Below the pieces are notes generated by a model. That model was not told the DNA's origin and did no database searches. It saw only the letters and a program-made list of their open reading frames with translations. Both the position numbers and the translations under genes were made by a program. Below are positions 16,707 through 28,255 of a stretch of 64,000 nucleotides of DNA, in pieces. Location of the stretch: the NCBI GenBank assembly GCA_963838925.1, contig CAWISW010000003.1:96001-160000 (forward strand), written 5' to 3'. The stretch is from an uncultured Nitrososphaerota archaeon (GTDB taxonomy: Archaea > Thermoproteota > Nitrososphaeria > Nitrososphaerales > Gagatemarchaeaceae). The stretch's first letter is position 1. Each line of letters starts with the position of its first letter.

Positions 16707-19206
16707 GGGCAGAAGTCAGGATCGCGCCGGGGATGAAGCCCTCGAGGTCGGCTCGCCTTCGCCTCGTGCGTATCCAAAGCGCGCCCGTGAGGATGAGCAC
16801 GACGGCCGCGGCCGCAATGCTGCCCAGGAGGACTGTGAGGTTGTATGACGACGTCCCCGTGACGGCGGTGGGAGACCCTACCACGAGCGCCAACGAGGGG
16901 TTGGTAGCCTTGGAGACGCCCGTCCCCGACCAGGCGGAGAACGAGTAGAGGAAGAGCGAGGGCGACTCCTTGAGGGTCACGTTGCTGCCAGGAGGGACGT
17001 AGAGGTTCTCAGAGGTCCCGGGTTGCACCAAACCGGACTCCACGCTGCACGAACCGAAGATGACTTTGAGGAACACGAAGCATGAGGGGTCAGGATTGAA
17101 GGAGTAGGCTATGTCCGTCCGCGAGTCGGCCGAGACAGTGAGCCGGACGTAGAATGTGGCGTTCTCGGTCAAGGGCGATGTCACGTTGACATCGATGGAA
17201 GGGCTTGTGCCGGTGTAAGCTCCCGCTCCCGAGCCGTCCCAGCCCTCGAACTGCCACCCCTGGCTGGCGGAGGCTGTCGAGTTGAAGACGCTTCCGGAGT
17301 CGAGCCACCCCGAGCCCGAGGATGTGGAGCCGCCGCTCTGATCGTTCACCCCGAGGCCGACGTGGTACTGGTGGGTGTAGTCCTCAGTGAGCACCGCGTC
17401 TGGAGAGAACGGTGGCGACCCCTTTGCCTCGGAGCCGGTCCACCTCTCAGCCGGCGTCGAGCCGTTGAGGACGCTCGTGAATGAGTAGCCGCTGCCGACG
17501 TCGAACCAGCCTGTCTTCATGCCCGCGGGGAAGCTCGAGCAACCCGTCTGCGGGCAACTTGGAATCACGAATGGGCCTGAAATCTGGAGCGTGGTTGGGC
17601 TGCCGAACGCGGTAGACGTGAACTCCGGAATCTGGGGAGGGGTCCCGCCTCCGACAACGTTGTAGGCTGCGGTGACCTGGTACTGCTGGTAGTATTGGAT
17701 TGGACTTGGAATCACGCCGGGACCGGAGATGGTCCAGTTCTGTGCGATGGTGGCCCAGCGGTAGGAGTCAAGCTGCCCCGCGCCCGCGATCGTCCCCGTG
17801 ATGCTGGCGTTGGATCCCAAGAGCGCGAAGATCGCGACTGGCGTGGGGCCGAGCACCTGAGTAGCAGTCAGCTGAGTCGGCGAGGATACCGGGGTGGGCC
17901 AAGGCACCTCGTAGGAGAGGGTGGGATACGAAGGCAGGGACGCGCCCGGGCTGACGACTTGGACGGAGAGGTTCTCCTGCACGAGGTGGTAGTAGACGTA
18001 GGTGGCGTTCGTGCCGGCGGGGAACGAGACCTCCGTGCCCGAGGCGCCGTCGAAGACCCACCTGTCGAAAGTGCCGACATCAGAAGCGTTGACCGCTAGG
18101 GCGATTGTGGTGCCGGGGTCGGCCTCAATCATAGTGCCGGGTCCGGCCGCCACGTCAGCGGTCTGCTGAAGGCCCGCGAGGGTGTACGACGCGACGAAGC
18201 TCGGGGAGGCCGCCTCCGCGAAGGCCGGCGTGAGCGTCACCCGCGACGAGGCGGTGTTCAGCAGCCCGGTGATGAACTGGTGCGCCGAGCCGTAGATGGT
18301 TATGCCGTTGGATGCGAACGGGTAGACCTGCTGATCATTGGAGAAGGAGACGGGCGTCTGTGTCTGGTTGATGAACACGGTCGTGCCGGAGCTGGAGGTG
18401 TCGAACTCGTCGTCCCAGAGCCAGGCGGAGCTGAGCGCCACGGCCTCGTCGGTGTATGTCACCTTGCCCTCGTTCCCGGTGAAGAGCGAGACGTGGTACC
18501 ACTCTGTCATCAGCCCCGTGAAGAAGCCCTGAGAGCTCGCCGGCCTCGAGGGGTTGCCGACGAAGGTGGACGCCCCCACGCTGCTGTAGCTCGCCTTGGC
18601 GGTCGCGCCGGTGATCCAGTCCTGAGCGAGCATCTGGACCGTAGTGCCCACGAACGTGAGGCTCAGGAGGACGCTGTCCCCGGAGTGCACGACCTTGGAG
18701 AACGAGCCCAAGCCCGCCCCGCCGTTGGCGGGATACACCGGCTTGTCGTTCGGGCCGTACACCTGGTAGCTGAACCCGAAGCTCGGGTCGTAGCTGCCGC
18801 TCGAGCTGGGCCAGTGGTAGGAGATCCCCACCTGGTACCAGTAGCCCGCGGAGGTCAGACCGTTCAGTATGTAGGCTGGGCCGTAGCCGTCGGCGTCGGT
18901 CTGGGCCAGGGCGGTGACGTTGAACGTGAGGGAGCTGAGGTTTTGGGTGAAGGTCGCCCCGAGCTGCTCGTCGTAGATGGGGTTGGAGGCCGCCGCCCCG
19001 ATCAGTGGAGACGAGGAAGCCGTCGCGGATGGGCGGGGGGCGGCCGCAAGCGACCTCTGCGCGGCCCCGCCGTGCGGGAATTGGGCCGAAGCCAGTAGTA
19101 GGAGCGCCGCGACCAGGATGGCACCGGACGCGCCGCCCGTCCTGGCTGAGCGCGGGCCTGCGAGGGACCTCAATTGCCTTCCGATGGTGACGGGCGGCAG
19201 GCTCAC
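16669..19206 (-). CDS. Large cell-surface protein with signal peptide, beta-rich repeats and C-terminal TM anchor
   Basis: N-terminal hydrophobic segment; 'GWQFEGWDGSG' and 'YSFSAWSG' InlB-B-like repeats; C-terminal TM followed by RRRR. Confidence 0.8.
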   Translation of the reverse strand: MSLPPVTIGRQLRSLAGPRSARTGGASGAILVAALLLLASAQFPHGGAAQRSLAAAPRPSATASSSPLIGAAASNPIYDEQLGATFTQNLSSLTFNVTALAQTDADGYGPAYILNGLTSAGYWYQVGISYHWPSSSGSYDPSFGFSYQVYGPNDKPVYPANGGAGLGSFSKVVHSGDSVLLSLTFVGTTVQMLAQDWITGATAKASYSSVGASTFVGNPSRPASSQGFFTGLMTEWYHVSLFTGNEGKVTYTDEAVALSSAWLWDDEFDTSSSGTTVFINQTQTPVSFSNDQQVYPFASNGITIYGSAHQFITGLLNTASSRVTLTPAFAEAASPSFVASYTLAGLQQTADVAAGPGTMIEADPGTTIALAVNASDVGTFDRWVFDGASGTEVSFPAGTNATYVYYHLVQENLSVQVVSPGASLPSYPTLSYEVPWPTPVSSPTQLTATQVLGPTPVAIFALLGSNASITGTIAGAGQLDSYRWATIAQNWTISGPGVIPSPIQYYQQYQVTAAYNVVGGGTPPQIPEFTSTAFGSPTTLQISGPFVIPSCPQTGCSSFPAGMKTGWFDVGSGYSFTSVLNGSTPAERWTGSEAKGSPPFSPDAVLTEDYTHQYHVGLGVNDQSGGSTSSGSGWLDSGSVFNSTASASQGWQFEGWDGSGAGAYTGTSPSIDVNVTSPLTENATFYVRLTVSADSRTDIAYSFNPDPSCFVFLKVIFGSCSVESGLVQPGTSENLYVPPGSNVTLKESPSLFLYSFSAWSGTGVSKATNPSLALVVGSPTAVTGTSSYNLTVLLGSIAAAAVVLILTGALWIRTRRRRADLEGFIPGAILTSAPRASSGPASRPA

Positions 19207-19252
19207 TTAAGCATCGCCTAGCTTTGGTCGGAGATGGTGTGGCCTGGAGGGC

Positions 19253-20074
19253 TCAGTAGAAGCTGTCCATCATCTGCTTTTCCTCGTCCGAGACGTGCTT
19301 CGCGCCTACTGACCTGGGGGCGACCTCCCGGACGACCTTCCCGTCCCTGATCGAGTAGACCCTGTCGCACCTGGCGACCACGAAGGGGTCGTGGGTCACG
19401 AGGATGAAGGTCACCTTCTTCTCCTTCCTGAGGGCCCATATCAGGTCCATCAGCGCCTTCGCGGACTTGGAGTCGAGGTCTCCCGTCGGCTCGTCTCCGA
19501 GTATCACCGAGGGGTTGTTCGAGAGGGCTCGGGCGACCGCGACCCTCTGCTGCTCGCCGCCGCTCAGTTCCTCCGGCATGTGGTTGACCCTCATCTGGAG
19601 CCCCACGGTCTCGAGCAGCTCCCTCGCCCGCTCCTCGCGCTCCTCCCTCGGGACGTTCGCGAGGCCCATGGGAAGCTCGACGTTCTCGAGTGCGTTGAGG
19701 GTCGATATGAGGTTGTAGAACTGGAAGATGAACCCGATCTTGTTCAGCCTGTACTCGGCGAGCTTCCCGTCGTCGAGCCCTGCGAGGTCGATGCCGTCAA
19801 CCATCACCTTGCCCTGGGTGGGCCTGTCCAGCCCTCCGATGACGTTGAGTAAGGTGGTCTTCCCCGACCCCGAGGGGCCGATTATCCCGATGATCTCTCC
19901 CTTCCCGATGGTGATGTTGACGCCGGCCAGCCCGTCCACGGCTATCCTCCCGCGCCTGTACCGCTTCGCCAGGTCGACAGTTTGGACGACGACCTGCCTG
20001 CCGTCCTGGGTGGTCGCGCCCTTCGCCGTGGGCTCCTCGGCCCCGACGCTGGCGCCGCCCTTCTTGCTAGACGT
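19253..20074 (-). CDS. ABC ATP-binding protein, LolD/MacB type (start uncertain)
   Basis: GPSGSGKT, '[10 protein letters not shown]', LSGGEQQR, 'DEPTGDLD'. Confidence 0.92.
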   Translation of the reverse strand, partial: TSSKKGGASVGAEEPTAKGATTQDGRQVVVQTVDLAKRYRRGRIAVDGLAGVNITIGKGEIIGIIGPSGSGKTTLLNVIGGLDRPTQGKVMVDGIDLAGLDDGKLAEYRLNKIGFIFQFYNLISTLNALENVELPMGLANVPREEREERARELLETVGLQMRVNHMPEELSGGEQQRVAVARALSNNPSVILGDEPTGDLDSKSAKALMDLIWALRKEKKVTFILVTHDPFVVARCDRVYSIRDGKVVREVAPRSVGAKHVSDEEKQMMDSFY

Positions 20075-21371
20075 GCCTGAGCGCCTCCACCGGATCCATC
20101 TTCGAAGCCCGCCACGCCGGGTAGATGCCCGAGAGGACGCCCACCACAACGCCCAGCCCGAGGCTGAGCAGGAGGGTTCTGAGCGTCAGCGTCGGCGAGA
20201 GGGCTCCCCTGAAGAGGCCCCCAAGCCCCGCGCCTCCTGCGGTGCTGGTAGTCGCGGCCCCGGTCAGGTACGGGAGCGCAAGTGTGACTCCGACCCCTAT
20301 CGCGGCGCCGATGACGGCGCCGATGACCCCGATGAGGAGGGCCTCGCTGAGGAAGATCCTCATGATCTGCCCCTTCTTCGCTCCTATCGCCTTCATCGCG
20401 CCTATCTCTCGTGTCCTTTCGCTGATGGACATCATCATGGTGTTTACCACCCCGAAGCCCCCTGCGAGGAGGGCCGCCAGCCCTATGATCGTGAAGAACG
20501 AGGTGAGCGTGCCAGAGAGCGAGGCCGCGGCGCTTGTGAAGGTCGAGGGGGCTATAGCCGAGACCCCAGGGAACGAGGCCGTGATCTCAGCAGTGACCTG
20601 GGCCACCTGGTTCGGGTTGTCTGCCTTCACGAAGACCTCAGATATCTGCCCTGTCTTGTTGGCGATGGCCTGCGCGTTGGTCAGCGGGATGTAGGAGAAC
20701 CTCTCGGTGAAGGTGTTGCCCGTCGAGTAGATGCCGACCACGGTGTACGGCGAGCCGCCCGTGGTGTTGGACCCGACGTTGACGACGGACCCGACCGTGA
20801 TGCCGAGGTTCGTGGCGAGGGTCTGTCCCACTACTATCTGGCTGCCGGATGTCGAGTTCGCGAGGTTTGTCCCGTTCACTATGTTGAGCCCGCCCGTCGC
20901 CTCCTTGTAGGTGGCGGGGTCGATGCCCGTGAGGAAGGAGGCCGTCCCGTTGACAAAGCCCGTTGTCGAGAGGGTGGGGGAGGCCACAGAGACGCCCGTC
21001 AGGTTGCCCACCGCTGGGGCGACAGCCTGCTCGAGCGTGGTGGAGTCCCCGAAGAGCGACCCGAAGGTCGCGGTCGCGCCGGCCGCTCCGCCGCCGCGGA
21101 ACCCTCCGCCAAAGCCCGCGCCTCCGCCTCCGCGGAAGACGAACGCCCCGCCGCTAGTGGTCGCGGCGGTCCTGCCCGTCGCGTTGACCACCGTGATCTG
21201 AGCGGGAGACAGCGTGTTGATGAGCCCGCCTGTCCGCGCGGACGTCCCCGCCGTGAGGGAGAGAAGGACGAGGATGAGAGCGACGCCAACGACGATGCCC
21301 GACACGGTGAAGGCGGTCCGGACCTTGCGCCTTCGAAGGCTCTTGAACGCCATTCCCATCGACGAGGACAT
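20067..21371 (-). CDS. ABC permease, MacB/FtsX type
   Basis: 'RRKVRTAFT..GI.VG', 'SISERTREIGAMKAIGA', 'YPAWRASKMDPVEALR'. Confidence 0.93.
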   Translation of the reverse strand: MSSSMGMAFKSLRRRKVRTAFTVSGIVVGVALILVLLSLTAGTSARTGGLINTLSPAQITVVNATGRTAATTSGGAFVFRGGGGAGFGGGFRGGGAAGATATFGSLFGDSTTLEQAVAPAVGNLTGVSVASPTLSTTGFVNGTASFLTGIDPATYKEATGGLNIVNGTNLANSTSGSQIVVGQTLATNLGITVGSVVNVGSNTTGGSPYTVVGIYSTGNTFTERFSYIPLTNAQAIANKTGQISEVFVKADNPNQVAQVTAEITASFPGVSAIAPSTFTSAAASLSGTLTSFFTIIGLAALLAGGFGVVNTMMMSISERTREIGAMKAIGAKKGQIMRIFLSEALLIGVIGAVIGAAIGVGVTLALPYLTGAATTSTAGGAGLGGLFRGALSPTLTLRTLLLSLGLGVVVGVLSGIYPAWRASKMDPVEALRHV

Positions 21372-21597
21372 GATTCTTTCGATACACCTTTTTGAGCGGT
21401 TGAGAACTTGACTTTCGTCCCGAGTGCCGGGGCTGGAGCGCTCGAGCCACTTTCAATATATAATGAGATTGGTGCATTAGCCTATGAGGGAGCCTCAGAA
21501 TGAGCAGGACCGAGACTAAGAGACCTGAGGTGAGGGTCAGGAGGGGCGCTTCCCCGCGACCCAGGGCAGTGCGCAGAGCTGGGTGTTCTCTGCAGCC

Positions 21598-23232
21598 CTA
21601 CTCAGGGCCCAGGCAGACTAGCTTGTTGGGCGCCCCGCCCCTCCCGCTAACAGGGATGTAGGCCCGGACCTTTCCGTCCCGGGTCGAGCCAAGCGATGCG
21701 CCGGCCCGGCCGTAGCCCTTCAGGTCGAGCTCCTTGACCTGCCTGCCGGTCTCCGCGTCGAGCAGGTGGAGCACGCCTCCCCTCTCGATGGCAAAGACGA
21801 GCCCTCCGCCAACGGTTATCGCCGCGCTCTGGAACGTGGTCTTCATGAAGTGCGTCCACTTCACCTCCCCCCTGGCGGCGTCGATGGCGTAGAGGGTCGA
21901 GTACTCCGGGGTGTCCTCGTGCTTCAGGTGCACCCCCTTGACCTTCCTGCCGTCGTAGACCGCGTCATAGTACCTCGCGACCTGGTCCAGCCTCTGTGAG
22001 GCCGCGAAGATCGTGTTGTATGCGAAGGCCAGCGGCGAGTTGATCCCTCCGAGGTGCCCTGGCGAGTAGAGGCCCGGCTTGAGGACGCTCTCCATGTCCG
22101 CGCGGTTCTCCAAGTCGGAGTTGAGGGGCGTCGAGGTGTAGCCGACCCTTATCGGCGCGTAGAGCGGCTTGCCCGTCTTTGCGTCGAGGACGTAGACGTG
22201 GTTGTTCTTCGAGCCCGCGACCACCGCGCGCCTCTTCCTCCCTCCCACGTCGATGTCCACGACCATCGTGTTCCACCCGATGTCCCAGCCGATGAGGTCG
22301 TGGGGCGTGGCCTGGTAGTACCACAGCATATTGCCGGTCCTCGCATCGAGGCACACTAGGCAGTCCGTGAACAGGTTGGGGCCTGGCACGTCCAGGTCGG
22401 CATAGACGAACAGGTCGGAGTTGCCAGTCCCCAGGTAGACCCTCTGCGCTGCCTCGTCGACGGCGGCCGTCCCCCAGAGACCGCCACCGCCGATGCGGTC
22501 GGAGGCGCCCCAGTCGCGCGGGTAGGGGAGAATGTTGCCCTTGCGCGCCTGCTTGTCCCACCGCTTGGGGCCCTTCTTTGCCGGTGGCACCGAGAACCAC
22601 ATCCAGTTGAGCTTCCCCTGCTCGAGGTCGAGCGACCCTACGAACCCCCTGGCCGAGGCCTGGTAATAGTTCTCGCTCACGCCCCTCCCCGAGAACTTCG
22701 GTACCGTGATCCCTTGGGTCGACGCCCCGAATATCGCGGAGCCCTCGAAGAACGCGGGAGCCGACTCTCCCGAGTATCCCGCGTCCGCCGCGACCCCGGG
22801 CACCCTGTCTGCGAGGCCGGGGAACCTCTTCTCGACCTTCCCGCTCTTCGGGTCGAGGGCGTAGAGCGTCACGTCGGCCGCGATGAAGTAGATGAGCCCG
22901 TCCCTGAAGTTCAGGGTAAGGAGGGCGGTCTGGTGCCTCTCCACCTTCGCCATCGAGTCGAACGACCAGAGCTTCTTGCCGGTCTCGGCGTCGAAGGCGT
23001 GGACGATGTGGTACCCGTCCCCCAGGAAGACGCTCCCGTCTATGACGAGGGGCGTGGTCTGGACCCCGACCTGCTTCTGGTTCCACATCCGCTCTGGCTC
23101 CGGGACGGAGGGGCTGATCTCAGCGGTCCAGACGACCCTGAGCTTCGACGCGCTCTCACGGGTGATTTCCTCCTGAGGGCTGAAGTTGGTGTTGCAGGTG
23201 TCGGAGTAGGGGTGCAGCCACTCTCGTTTCAA
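21598..23232 (-). CDS. PQQ-binding beta-propeller dehydrogenase-like protein
   Basis: 'QTTPLVIDG', 'AFDAETGKKLW', 'VYLGTGN', 'WYYQATPHD', 'YVLDAKTG'. Confidence 0.85.
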   Translation of the reverse strand: MKREWLHPYSDTCNTNFSPQEEITRESASKLRVVWTAEISPSVPEPERMWNQKQVGVQTTPLVIDGSVFLGDGYHIVHAFDAETGKKLWSFDSMAKVERHQTALLTLNFRDGLIYFIAADVTLYALDPKSGKVEKRFPGLADRVPGVAADAGYSGESAPAFFEGSAIFGASTQGITVPKFSGRGVSENYYQASARGFVGSLDLEQGKLNWMWFSVPPAKKGPKRWDKQARKGNILPYPRDWGASDRIGGGGLWGTAAVDEAAQRVYLGTGNSDLFVYADLDVPGPNLFTDCLVCLDARTGNMLWYYQATPHDLIGWDIGWNTMVVDIDVGGRKRRAVVAGSKNNHVYVLDAKTGKPLYAPIRVGYTSTPLNSDLENRADMESVLKPGLYSPGHLGGINSPLAFAYNTIFAASQRLDQVARYYDAVYDGRKVKGVHLKHEDTPEYSTLYAIDAARGEVKWTHFMKTTFQSAAITVGGGLVFAIERGGVLHLLDAETGRQVKELDLKGYGRAGASLGSTRDGKVRAYIPVSGRGGAPNKLVCLGPE

Positions 23233-23342
23233 GCGGTCTGGTGCCCGCGAGAGGCCCGTTCGCTATTTATCCCTTCGAGGGCCGTCGCGTTCCAAATCAG
23301 GAGGGAATGTTTAAACTCGAAAGGGGGACAAACAGACGACGA

Positions 23343-24491
<1,149 letters not shown>

Positions 24492-24540
24492 AATAAAACT
24501 AAATGAACTCTTATATAAAAGAGGAGCGCCGAAGGGCTAC

Positions 24541-25785
24541 ATGCGAACAAGGCGCGGGGTTTCCACCAATGCCATGATTGCGGTCGTTGTCGTAGTCGTC
24601 ATTATCGCTGTAGCAGCAGTCGTACTGGTGCCTTCGATGAGCTCGTCAACGAGCTCGTCGTCAAGCACTTCTTCTGGCACTTCTTCAAGCACGTCGTCTA
24701 GCACGACGACTTCGACGACCCTGCCTGTGACGACCTCAAGTTCCCCGAGCACGACGACTTCGACGACCACCACGACCAAGTCGACCGACACCGACGTCGC
24801 GCTGTACCAGGCGGCCCTCAAGGAGGGCAGCGTGGTGGTCTACGGAAGCCCCACCGCGGTCCAGTTCCAGAACATCACGGCGGCGTTCAACGCGGTCTAC
24901 CCCGGGATAACGGTCCAGTACACGTCGCTGCAGCCTCCGCAGGCGGTCCCCCAGGTCGAGTCTGAGGAGTCCGCCCAGGGCCACAGCGCCGACGTCATGC
25001 TCCAGGCCGCGACGACCATGTACACGCTCGAGCCGACTGGGAGCGCCTGCTCGTGCGTTTCCCCGTATGTCTCTCAGTACGCGAGCGGCTTCCCGAAGGC
25101 CGTCCTCGACCCGCTGAACGAGAGCACGCCGATCATCGAGCTCGCGTTCGGCTGGGCATACAACACGAACATGATCAGCCCGGCTAACGTCCCGACGACG
25201 ATGGCGCAGGTGGCCAACGCCCAGTTCAAGGGCGAGGTCGTGATGAACGACCCGACGACCGGGACCGCCTTCACGCAGTACTGGGCGTCCCTCGAGGGAG
25301 CGCTGGGCAACGCGACGGTGACGAACTTCCTGCACAACCTCAAGAACGCGACCTCCCCGGTGATCGTCCCGACGACCACCAGCTGCATGAACGACGTCGC
25401 GAGCAGCGCCTACGCGATCTGCCTTGGTGGATACATGCAGGACGCGGCCCCTGACATCCAGCAGGGCGCCCCGATGAAGTTCCTCAACATCACGGGCCTG
25501 CCCCTGATGCTCACTCCCTCCAACGCCGCGATACTCAAGAACGCGCAGCACCCCAACGCCGCGCAACTTCTCATCGACTTCATGGCCTCCCCTGCGGGAC
25601 AGACGGCGTGGGGAAACATCAACGTCAGGACGCCGGTGAGCCAGACGGTGACCGCAAAGTGGTCGCTCACGTCTGAGATTGCGACTTTCTATCCGGGCGC
25701 AGGGACCCAGATCTACTTCCCCACGGTCGCGGTGGCTACGTCGGCCTCCGCCTGGGCGTCGACCTTCGCCTTCCTGAAGTCGTAG
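24541..25785 (+). CDS. Membrane-anchored ABC substrate-binding protein with Ser/Thr linker
   Basis: 'MRTRRG|VS' plus hydrophobic helix, S/T linker, 'AALKEGSVVVY', 'AQHPNAAQLLIDFMASPAGQ'. Confidence 0.9.
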   Translation: MRTRRGVSTNAMIAVVVVVVIIAVAAVVLVPSMSSSTSSSSSTSSGTSSSTSSSTTTSTTLPVTTSSSPSTTTSTTTTTKSTDTDVALYQAALKEGSVVVYGSPTAVQFQNITAAFNAVYPGITVQYTSLQPPQAVPQVESEESAQGHSADVMLQAATTMYTLEPTGSACSCVSPYVSQYASGFPKAVLDPLNESTPIIELAFGWAYNTNMISPANVPTTMAQVANAQFKGEVVMNDPTTGTAFTQYWASLEGALGNATVTNFLHNLKNATSPVIVPTTTSCMNDVASSAYAICLGGYMQDAAPDIQQGAPMKFLNITGLPLMLTPSNAAILKNAQHPNAAQLLIDFMASPAGQTAWGNINVRTPVSQTVTAKWSLTSEIATFYPGAGTQIYFPTVAVATSASAWASTFAFLKS

Positions 25786-25807
25786 ACCGCGGGAGACCCC
25801 AGCGTGG

Positions 25808-27550
25808 CTGAGCCGCCTTGGCAGCTACCAAGAGGCGGTCGTTCCTGCCCTTCAGCTCCTCCTCTTGGCCCTCGCGGCCGGGGTTGGGGTGCTCGCGGTC
25901 TTCATCCTCTACCCCGTCGTCTTCACGCTCACGAGCAGCTTCTGGAGCGGCGAGCCCGGCCTCGCCGGGCACTACACGCTGGGCAACTACGAGGCTCTCC
26001 TCGGGAGCACGGGCACCTACGTCACCGTGGCCAACACTTTCTTCCAGGCGGGAGGCGCCTCGGTCATCGCGATCGCGCTTGGGACGCTACTCAGCATCAT
26101 CACGGTGAGGACAGACACCCCGTTCCGGCGCGTCCTCTTCTACCTGCCGTACTTCCCCCTCGCGTTCCCCGTCCTAATCGCCAACCAGGCCTGGATCTAC
26201 CTCTTCGAGAAGAGGGCGGGGCTGCTCAACATCGTGGCGGGGCACATTGGCCTCTCGACGTCCACCTTCAGCATCTACAGCTGGCCCGGGCTGATATTCG
26301 CGAGCGCGATGGCCCTCACGCCAATCTCCTACGTCACCATCTCCGCCTCGATGCGCGGCATGGACTCCTCCCTCGAGGACGCAAGCAGGGCGTCGGGCTC
26401 GGGCGTGCTGAGCACCCTGCGGCGAGTCTCCATCCCGCTCATGGCCCCGAGCATATTCTCCGCGTTCCTTCTCTGCTTCACCCTCTCGGCGGGCTCGTTC
26501 GAGACGGCGACGATGATAGGCCTCCCCGCTGGGATCACGGTGATGATGTCGTCGGTCTACGACAACGTCTACGGCGGGACGCCGAACTACGCCGCCGCGA
26601 GCACAGAGTCGGTGCTGCTGCTGGCGATAGTCATGGCCATGGTCTTCCTCTACAACCGCTCCCTCCGCCGGACTAGGAGGTTCGAGGTGGTCACCGGGAA
26701 GGGGTACTCGAGCGGGAGGGTTCTCTCGCTCGGGCGATGGAGGTATCTCGCGTTCGCCGTCATCGCGGCGTACCTAGTCGTGGCGATCGCACTCCCCCTC
26801 TTCACTATCACGCTGCTCTCGCTGGAGCCGATCTGGCTCCCGAACAACCTCTTCGGGAGGCTCACGCTGAAGAACTTCCAGTTCATGCTCTCTAGCAGCT
26901 CGGGCGCGTACCCTGCCCTGGCGAACAGCCTCGTCGCGTCCGTGGTGTCGGCGAGCGTCATACTGGGCGTCGCACTGGTCATCATCTTCGCGGCGCGGAG
27001 GACGAACATCAGGGGGCGGGGGCTCCTCGAGGCCCTGGGGATGTTCCCCATCTCGGTGCCCGCGCTGGTCCTCAGCTTCGGGCTGCTCTGGGCGTTCCTG
27101 ACGATACCCACCGGCCTCTACGGGACGCTGGGCGTGATGGTGATCGCGCTCTGCGTGAGCCTCCTGCCGCAGGGCATCAGGTCGATAAGCGGCGGGGTCA
27201 TCCAGGTCCAGATGGAGCTCCAGGAGGCGGCCCGGGCCTCGGGCGCGAGCCTCGCGACCACGATAAGGCGGATCTTCCTCCCGCTGGTGAGGCCCAGCCT
27301 CGTCGGGGCGTGGCTCTACGTCTTCATCGGCAGCTTCAACGCGCTCGGCGCGGTTCTCCTCCTCCAGTCAGCCAAAAACCAGCTCTTCTCGACCCTACTG
27401 TGGAGCTTCTACTCGAGCGGGCAGCTGCTCTCCACCCAAGCGTTCGCGGCGGGCTGCGTCATGCTCTTCCTCATACTCCTGTGCGCGATCTCCGTGATGG
27501 TGGTGGCCCAGCGCTTGCTCGAGAGGGGGCAGCGCCGGACCGAGGGCTAG
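25808..27550 (+). CDS. ABC permease, FbpB type (start CTG 25808 or TTG 25865)
   Basis: Two EAA loops ('LEDASRASG', 'LQEAARASG'); multiple TM segments. Confidence 0.92.
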   Translation: MSRLGSYQEAVVPALQLLLLALAAGVGVLAVFILYPVVFTLTSSFWSGEPGLAGHYTLGNYEALLGSTGTYVTVANTFFQAGGASVIAIALGTLLSIITVRTDTPFRRVLFYLPYFPLAFPVLIANQAWIYLFEKRAGLLNIVAGHIGLSTSTFSIYSWPGLIFASAMALTPISYVTISASMRGMDSSLEDASRASGSGVLSTLRRVSIPLMAPSIFSAFLLCFTLSAGSFETATMIGLPAGITVMMSSVYDNVYGGTPNYAAASTESVLLLAIVMAMVFLYNRSLRRTRRFEVVTGKGYSSGRVLSLGRWRYLAFAVIAAYLVVAIALPLFTITLLSLEPIWLPNNLFGRLTLKNFQFMLSSSSGAYPALANSLVASVVSASVILGVALVIIFAARRTNIRGRGLLEALGMFPISVPALVLSFGLLWAFLTIPTGLYGTLGVMVIALCVSLLPQGIRSISGGVIQVQMELQEAARASGASLATTIRRIFLPLVRPSLVGAWLYVFIGSFNALGAVLLLQSAKNQLFSTLLWSFYSSGQLLSTQAFAAGCVMLFLILLCAISVMVVAQRLLERGQRRTEG

Positions 27551-27551
27551 G

Positions 27552-28187
27552 CTAGTTGGTCAGAGTGAAGTCCGCCTCGGCCATCAGCTCGGTCGCAGCG
27601 TTCAGCCCGTTGGCCGGGATCTTCACTTCTACGCTGACCTGGTAGGTTCCCGCCTGCGGGGTAACCCCATCATATGCGGTGCCGGAGTTCCAGAACCCGC
27701 TCCCCGCGACGTAGTGGCCCTGCTGCAGGGTCCCGTTGATGGTGATCGCCGGCGTCCAGACTGTGACCGTCCTGCCCTTCGAGTCCGTGACGTTGAGCTG
27801 CTGGGTGATCGCCTGGGCGCTGGGCGCGCCCCCGCTGACGTTTTGCACCACCAGGCCTATGCATACGCTCCCCCCGACCTTCGTCGAGTTCGAAAGGTAG
27901 ACGTCGACCGAGTAGCCTTGGTCGGACACGGTCGTGGTCAGGGCGCAGCCCGGAGGCATGCTAGCCGCGCTCGTAGACGCGCTCGACGTGGTGGTCGAGG
28001 GCGCAGAGGAGGAGCTGTGGGTCTGCTGGTGGGTCAGGCCGGTGCTCGAGAAGAGTCCCGTGGAGTACGCCGCGCCCACGCCTGCCACGAGGAAGACCAG
28101 AATGACGCCGAGGACGATGATGGAGTTGCGCGACCTGGGCGGGCTGGGCGGCGCCTGCCGTGAGCTCGCGTATTGTCCTGCCCTCAA
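27552..28187 (-). CDS. Hypothetical membrane-anchored protein with an Ig-like domain
   Basis: TM helix, S/T linker, beta-rich C-terminus 'GTYQVSVEV'. Confidence 0.7.
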   Translation of the reverse strand: MRAGQYASSRQAPPSPPRSRNSIIVLGVILVFLVAGVGAAYSTGLFSSTGLTHQQTHSSSSAPSTTTSSASTSAASMPPGCALTTTVSDQGYSVDVYLSNSTKVGGSVCIGLVVQNVSGGAPSAQAITQQLNVTDSKGRTVTVWTPAITINGTLQQGHYVAGSGFWNSGTAYDGVTPQAGTYQVSVEVKIPANGLNAATELMAEADFTLTN

Positions 28188-28255
28188 CTCCAGCCCTTCA
28201 ACCCCGGGACGGCGTGCTGCCTGTCGATATTAAAGCAGGCCTAGGGGTCAGTCGC

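Noticed and set aside
21484-21661. Short plus-strand ORF after a TATATAA box
   Set aside because: Arg/Pro-rich, runs into the convergent gene and has no motif; the box may serve the divergent permease gene
24640-24790. Short repetitive DNA (also 4230-4350)
   Set aside because: Encodes Ser/Thr linkers of binding proteins; not a CRISPR array or satellite
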